Shown piece after piece: positions 60,936-64,000 of a DNA stretch of 64,000 bases. Made by a program: the position numbers and the translations under genes. Within the stretch, counting starts at the first letter, position 1. Every line of letters begins with the position of its first letter. Source of the stretch: Takakia lepidozioides (lineage: Eukaryota > Plantae > Bryophyta); assembly GCA_030704615.1 (NCBI GenBank), contig CM060731.1:14942001-15006000 (forward strand), in the 5' to 3' direction. Under the pieces are notes generated by a model. That model made no database searches. It saw nothing but the letters and a program-made list of their open reading frames with translations, and was not told where the DNA came from.

Positions 60936-63900
60936 TGTCGTGCACCTAAGCATCGTGCCACAACATACATCGCTGTCCACCACACAATCTAAGCACACAA
61001 TCCTAGAAAGCTATACCACAATAGATAAGAGATGAGAAATGAGAGAAGTAGAAGACAATGAAAGCTCTCAAAACATGAAGCAATCACATGAAGAACAAGC
61101 CCTAGTCCTTCCAAGTAAAATCCACTCTATCACAAACTAAGTCAAGCCAATGGCACCTTTGCTAAAGGAATCCACCCTACAAAGCCCTCAACACACTCCC
61201 TCTCAATACCTAGAGCTATGGAGGTGAGAAAAACTCATGGAGGCTCAACTACAAGAAGATGAGCCTCCTCACCACTCACAAGGGGAAAACCTATCTCCAT
61301 GTCTCAAGTGAGGCTCGACACCTCACTTGGCATGTGAGACCAAATGAAGTCCCAACACACGAAATATAGATATAAATATCTAAAATGTCCTAGTTAACTA
61401 TAAGTAGGTAATTCTAGATAACCATGACTAAAACCATGACAGCTGTCGTGCACCTAAGCATCGTGCCACAACATACATCGCTGTCCACCACACAATCTAA
61501 GCACACAATCCTAGAAAGCTATACCACAATCGCCCCCCTAGCTGGTGGTTAGGTCCATCTAACTCCAGATAGCTACAAGATGTAATAGCCACAGCCATAC
61601 TAAGTCCTCTATCACTGTCCCTATTGTACTCAAACTCTATAGACCAAGAGGCCGGGTACAAGAGCAACCCCATCGTTAGTCGCCGTCTTGCAATCTATGA
61701 ACTTGAGTCAGGATCTCGTGTGTTGGTCTCCTAGTAGCTTGGCCTTGCATTTCTTGTTAGCCTTCCATGGTTGTATCCACTCCCACTATCCAATGCAATG
61801 CGGACATAACCAATCCCCATCAGGAACCATCTCAAGAGGTGGAGTCAAGCACCCATATGCCAACCTCTAGAGCATTGATCACACACCAGCATGGTGGCTG
61901 CACTTCTAGCAGACCCACACAACATGCACCTCAAACTTGCAGGTACCACTGCCAGGTTTGGGTTAACCCTTCCATCAACATTTGGAAGGTGACATGGTGC
62001 GCAATTACGCACATGGTCCTTCCAAATCATGCCATCCCGACCCTCCAAGATCAGGACTCCTGAGGGCAACACCTCTTGAACCCTCAAAATAGTACGTCCT
62101 GCAGTCACATCCAAGGTCATAGGAGCAGTCTGCTACAGATAAACATAGTCACCAGGGTTGAATCTCCAAACCCCGGGACGATAGCCCCCACCACGTATGG
62201 TAGCATACCTCAACGTATCACGATGTTGTGCAATGGCAAGGTTCTCGAAAGCCATGGGCATGACTTTCTTGAACAACTCTGCACGCTGCTCACATGCACG
62301 TGCCCACACGTCCGGATCGTCAAGGTTAAGAACTGTAGCAGCTTCTCTGCGAATGGATGTAGGCAAATCCGGCTCTCGGCCAAAGAGAAGAAAGTATGGC
62401 GAGAAGGAGGCAAGTGATGCTTGCTTGCTGAACCTGTAGCCCATGGCTAACCAGGGTAACTGAAGGTCCCAATCTCCTAGGTGTCCCTTCTGCAAGCCAT
62501 ACTTGCGCAAACCCCTCTTTACTGTCTGAACAACTCTCTCTGCCAAGCCATCGGCCTCAGGATGATCCCGAGAAGTGGTGCGGTGGTCTATCAAGGCCTT
62601 ATCACACAAAGCTTGAAACTCCCCCAAGAACTCTCTCCCTTGGTCCGTGAGTACCTCAGCTGGAGCACCGAATCGGCTAAGCACACAATCCAAGAATGCA
62701 TACGCAGCTCCCTCACTAGCCTTATCAGGCAATGGAACCAATTCAATCCACTTGGAGAAGTGTTCCACCATCACCAACACGTACTTGTTATGGCGCATGG
62801 TCAGTGGCAACGGCCCTGCGAAGTCAAGACTCTACCTGTAGCCTAATCCCATGATCGGAAAAGGGTGCAATTGTGGAGTAGGGGCGTTGAATGAAGCACG
62901 CACCCTGTCACACACCATGCACCTAGCCACAAATTGTTGCACCTTTGTGTGCATACCACGCCACCAATACTGCCCCTGCAGTAGACTATGAGTGCGTCGC
63001 ACCCCAAAATGCCCCAACTCCTCATGGGCATGCCGCACTAACCGTGCCCGCTGTGTTGGGTGAGGCACAATCCTCACTCGACCATCCTCCCACACTCGGA
63101 GCAGGTGTGTCCCCTCCCACTTGAACCTCTTGGCTCGTTGTAGGATCCGATCCCTCTCCTTGGCAGTCAGAGTGGCTGCAGTGTCTCCAGTGCGGAGGTA
63201 GTCCAACACAACTGAATCCTCATGTATATCTTTGGTGCCACTTTGCTCATTGCTGGCCTCAGGGTCCTCAGACACTTGATCTACAGTCATCCCTATTGTA
63301 GGTCCAACCTGGCCTTCCGCTGCCAAGATACACGGAAATGCAGATGCATGCCATCCGGGCACCATCTCCTCGTCTGTCTCACCATGCCACCGAGCTCCAG
63401 TATCATCCTGCTGGCTCGTGCATGGATTGCGACTCAATCCATCTGCATTGCGATTGACCAAACCCGGTCGATGCACCACCTGAAAGTCATACTCTTGAAG
63501 GATGAGTGCCCACCGTGCAAGCTTCCCCGTAAGCTTGTCTGACTCCATCAACCACTTGAGTGGTTGGTGATCCGTGAAGGGTGAAGAGATTGCCGTATAG
63601 ATAGCACCTGAAGTGTGCCACGGCCCACACTGCAGCTAAGCATTCTCCCTCATATTAGCTATACTTAGACTCTGCAGCATTGTTCGAGCGGCTAGCATAA
63701 GCCACTACGAACTCTCTTCCCTCATCATCCACCTGTGTGAGCACCGCTCCAAGCCCCAGCATGCTCCAATCTGTATGCAGCTGAAAAGGACGCCCCCTGA
63801 TAGGTCGTCTCAAGATGGGCGCCGAGGTCAACCTCGCCTTGAGCTCTTGAAAAGCTTGTTCTTGCTCTCTCCCACTGCCACTCCTGGTCCACCTTGGTCA

Positions 63901-64000
63901 GCTTGGTTAGAGCCTTTGCAATGGCACTAAATCCCTTAACAAACCATCTATAATAGTTTGCTAACCCCATGAAAGCTCGAACTCGACTCACATCCGTGGG
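60936..64000 (-). mobile_element. G3: 3' part of a third member of the G1/G2 Gypsy family (runs off the window; the DNMT region would lie outside)
   Basis: Repeat B at 60936-61022 and 61444-61530 (identical); repeat A at 61023-61441. Junction TGACA-GC-TGTCG. PPT at 61531-61541. Pol nearly identical to G1. Confidence 0.93.
61786..64000 (-). pseudogene. G3 pol C-terminal part: RT connection, RNase H, integrase, PHD finger
   Basis: [69 protein letters not shown]. Contains frameshifts and a premature stop. Confidence 0.92.

Overview
Eukaryotic, repeat-rich land-plant DNA, most likely from a non-seed plant such as a bryophyte (inference only). Host genes: the last exon of a hexokinase (164-541, +), a complete 4-exon xyloglucan endotransglucosylase/hydrolase (7175-9618, -) and a receptor-like-kinase C-terminal remnant. 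Most of the window is transposable elements: an internally deleted Ty1/Copia, several non-autonomous DNA transposons (hAT-like, Tc1/pogo-like, piggyBac-like) and four Ty3/Gypsy-type elements on the - strand. Three of these (G1 19294-29404, G2 30712-42027, G3 60936 to the window edge) form one unusual family. The two complete copies encode Gag, protease, a DNMT3-like C5 cytosine DNA methyltransferase, RT, RNase H, a DDE integrase and a PHD finger. They do not have two equal LTRs. Instead they carry split direct repeats (A-internal-PPT-B-GC-A-B), as in tyrosine-recombinase retroelements, yet they end in TG..CA with 4-bp target duplications. The layout equals a 2-LTR circle opened at an internal palindromic CA|GC|TG site. 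There is no tRNA primer-binding site; the PBS position is complementary to the loop of a hairpin in the repeat, with a compensatory base change between G1 and G2, suggesting self-priming. A fourth, unrelated Gypsy element (G4, 47142-52076) appears to share the permuted ends and 4-bp TSD. All calls were made by eye; no database searches were run.
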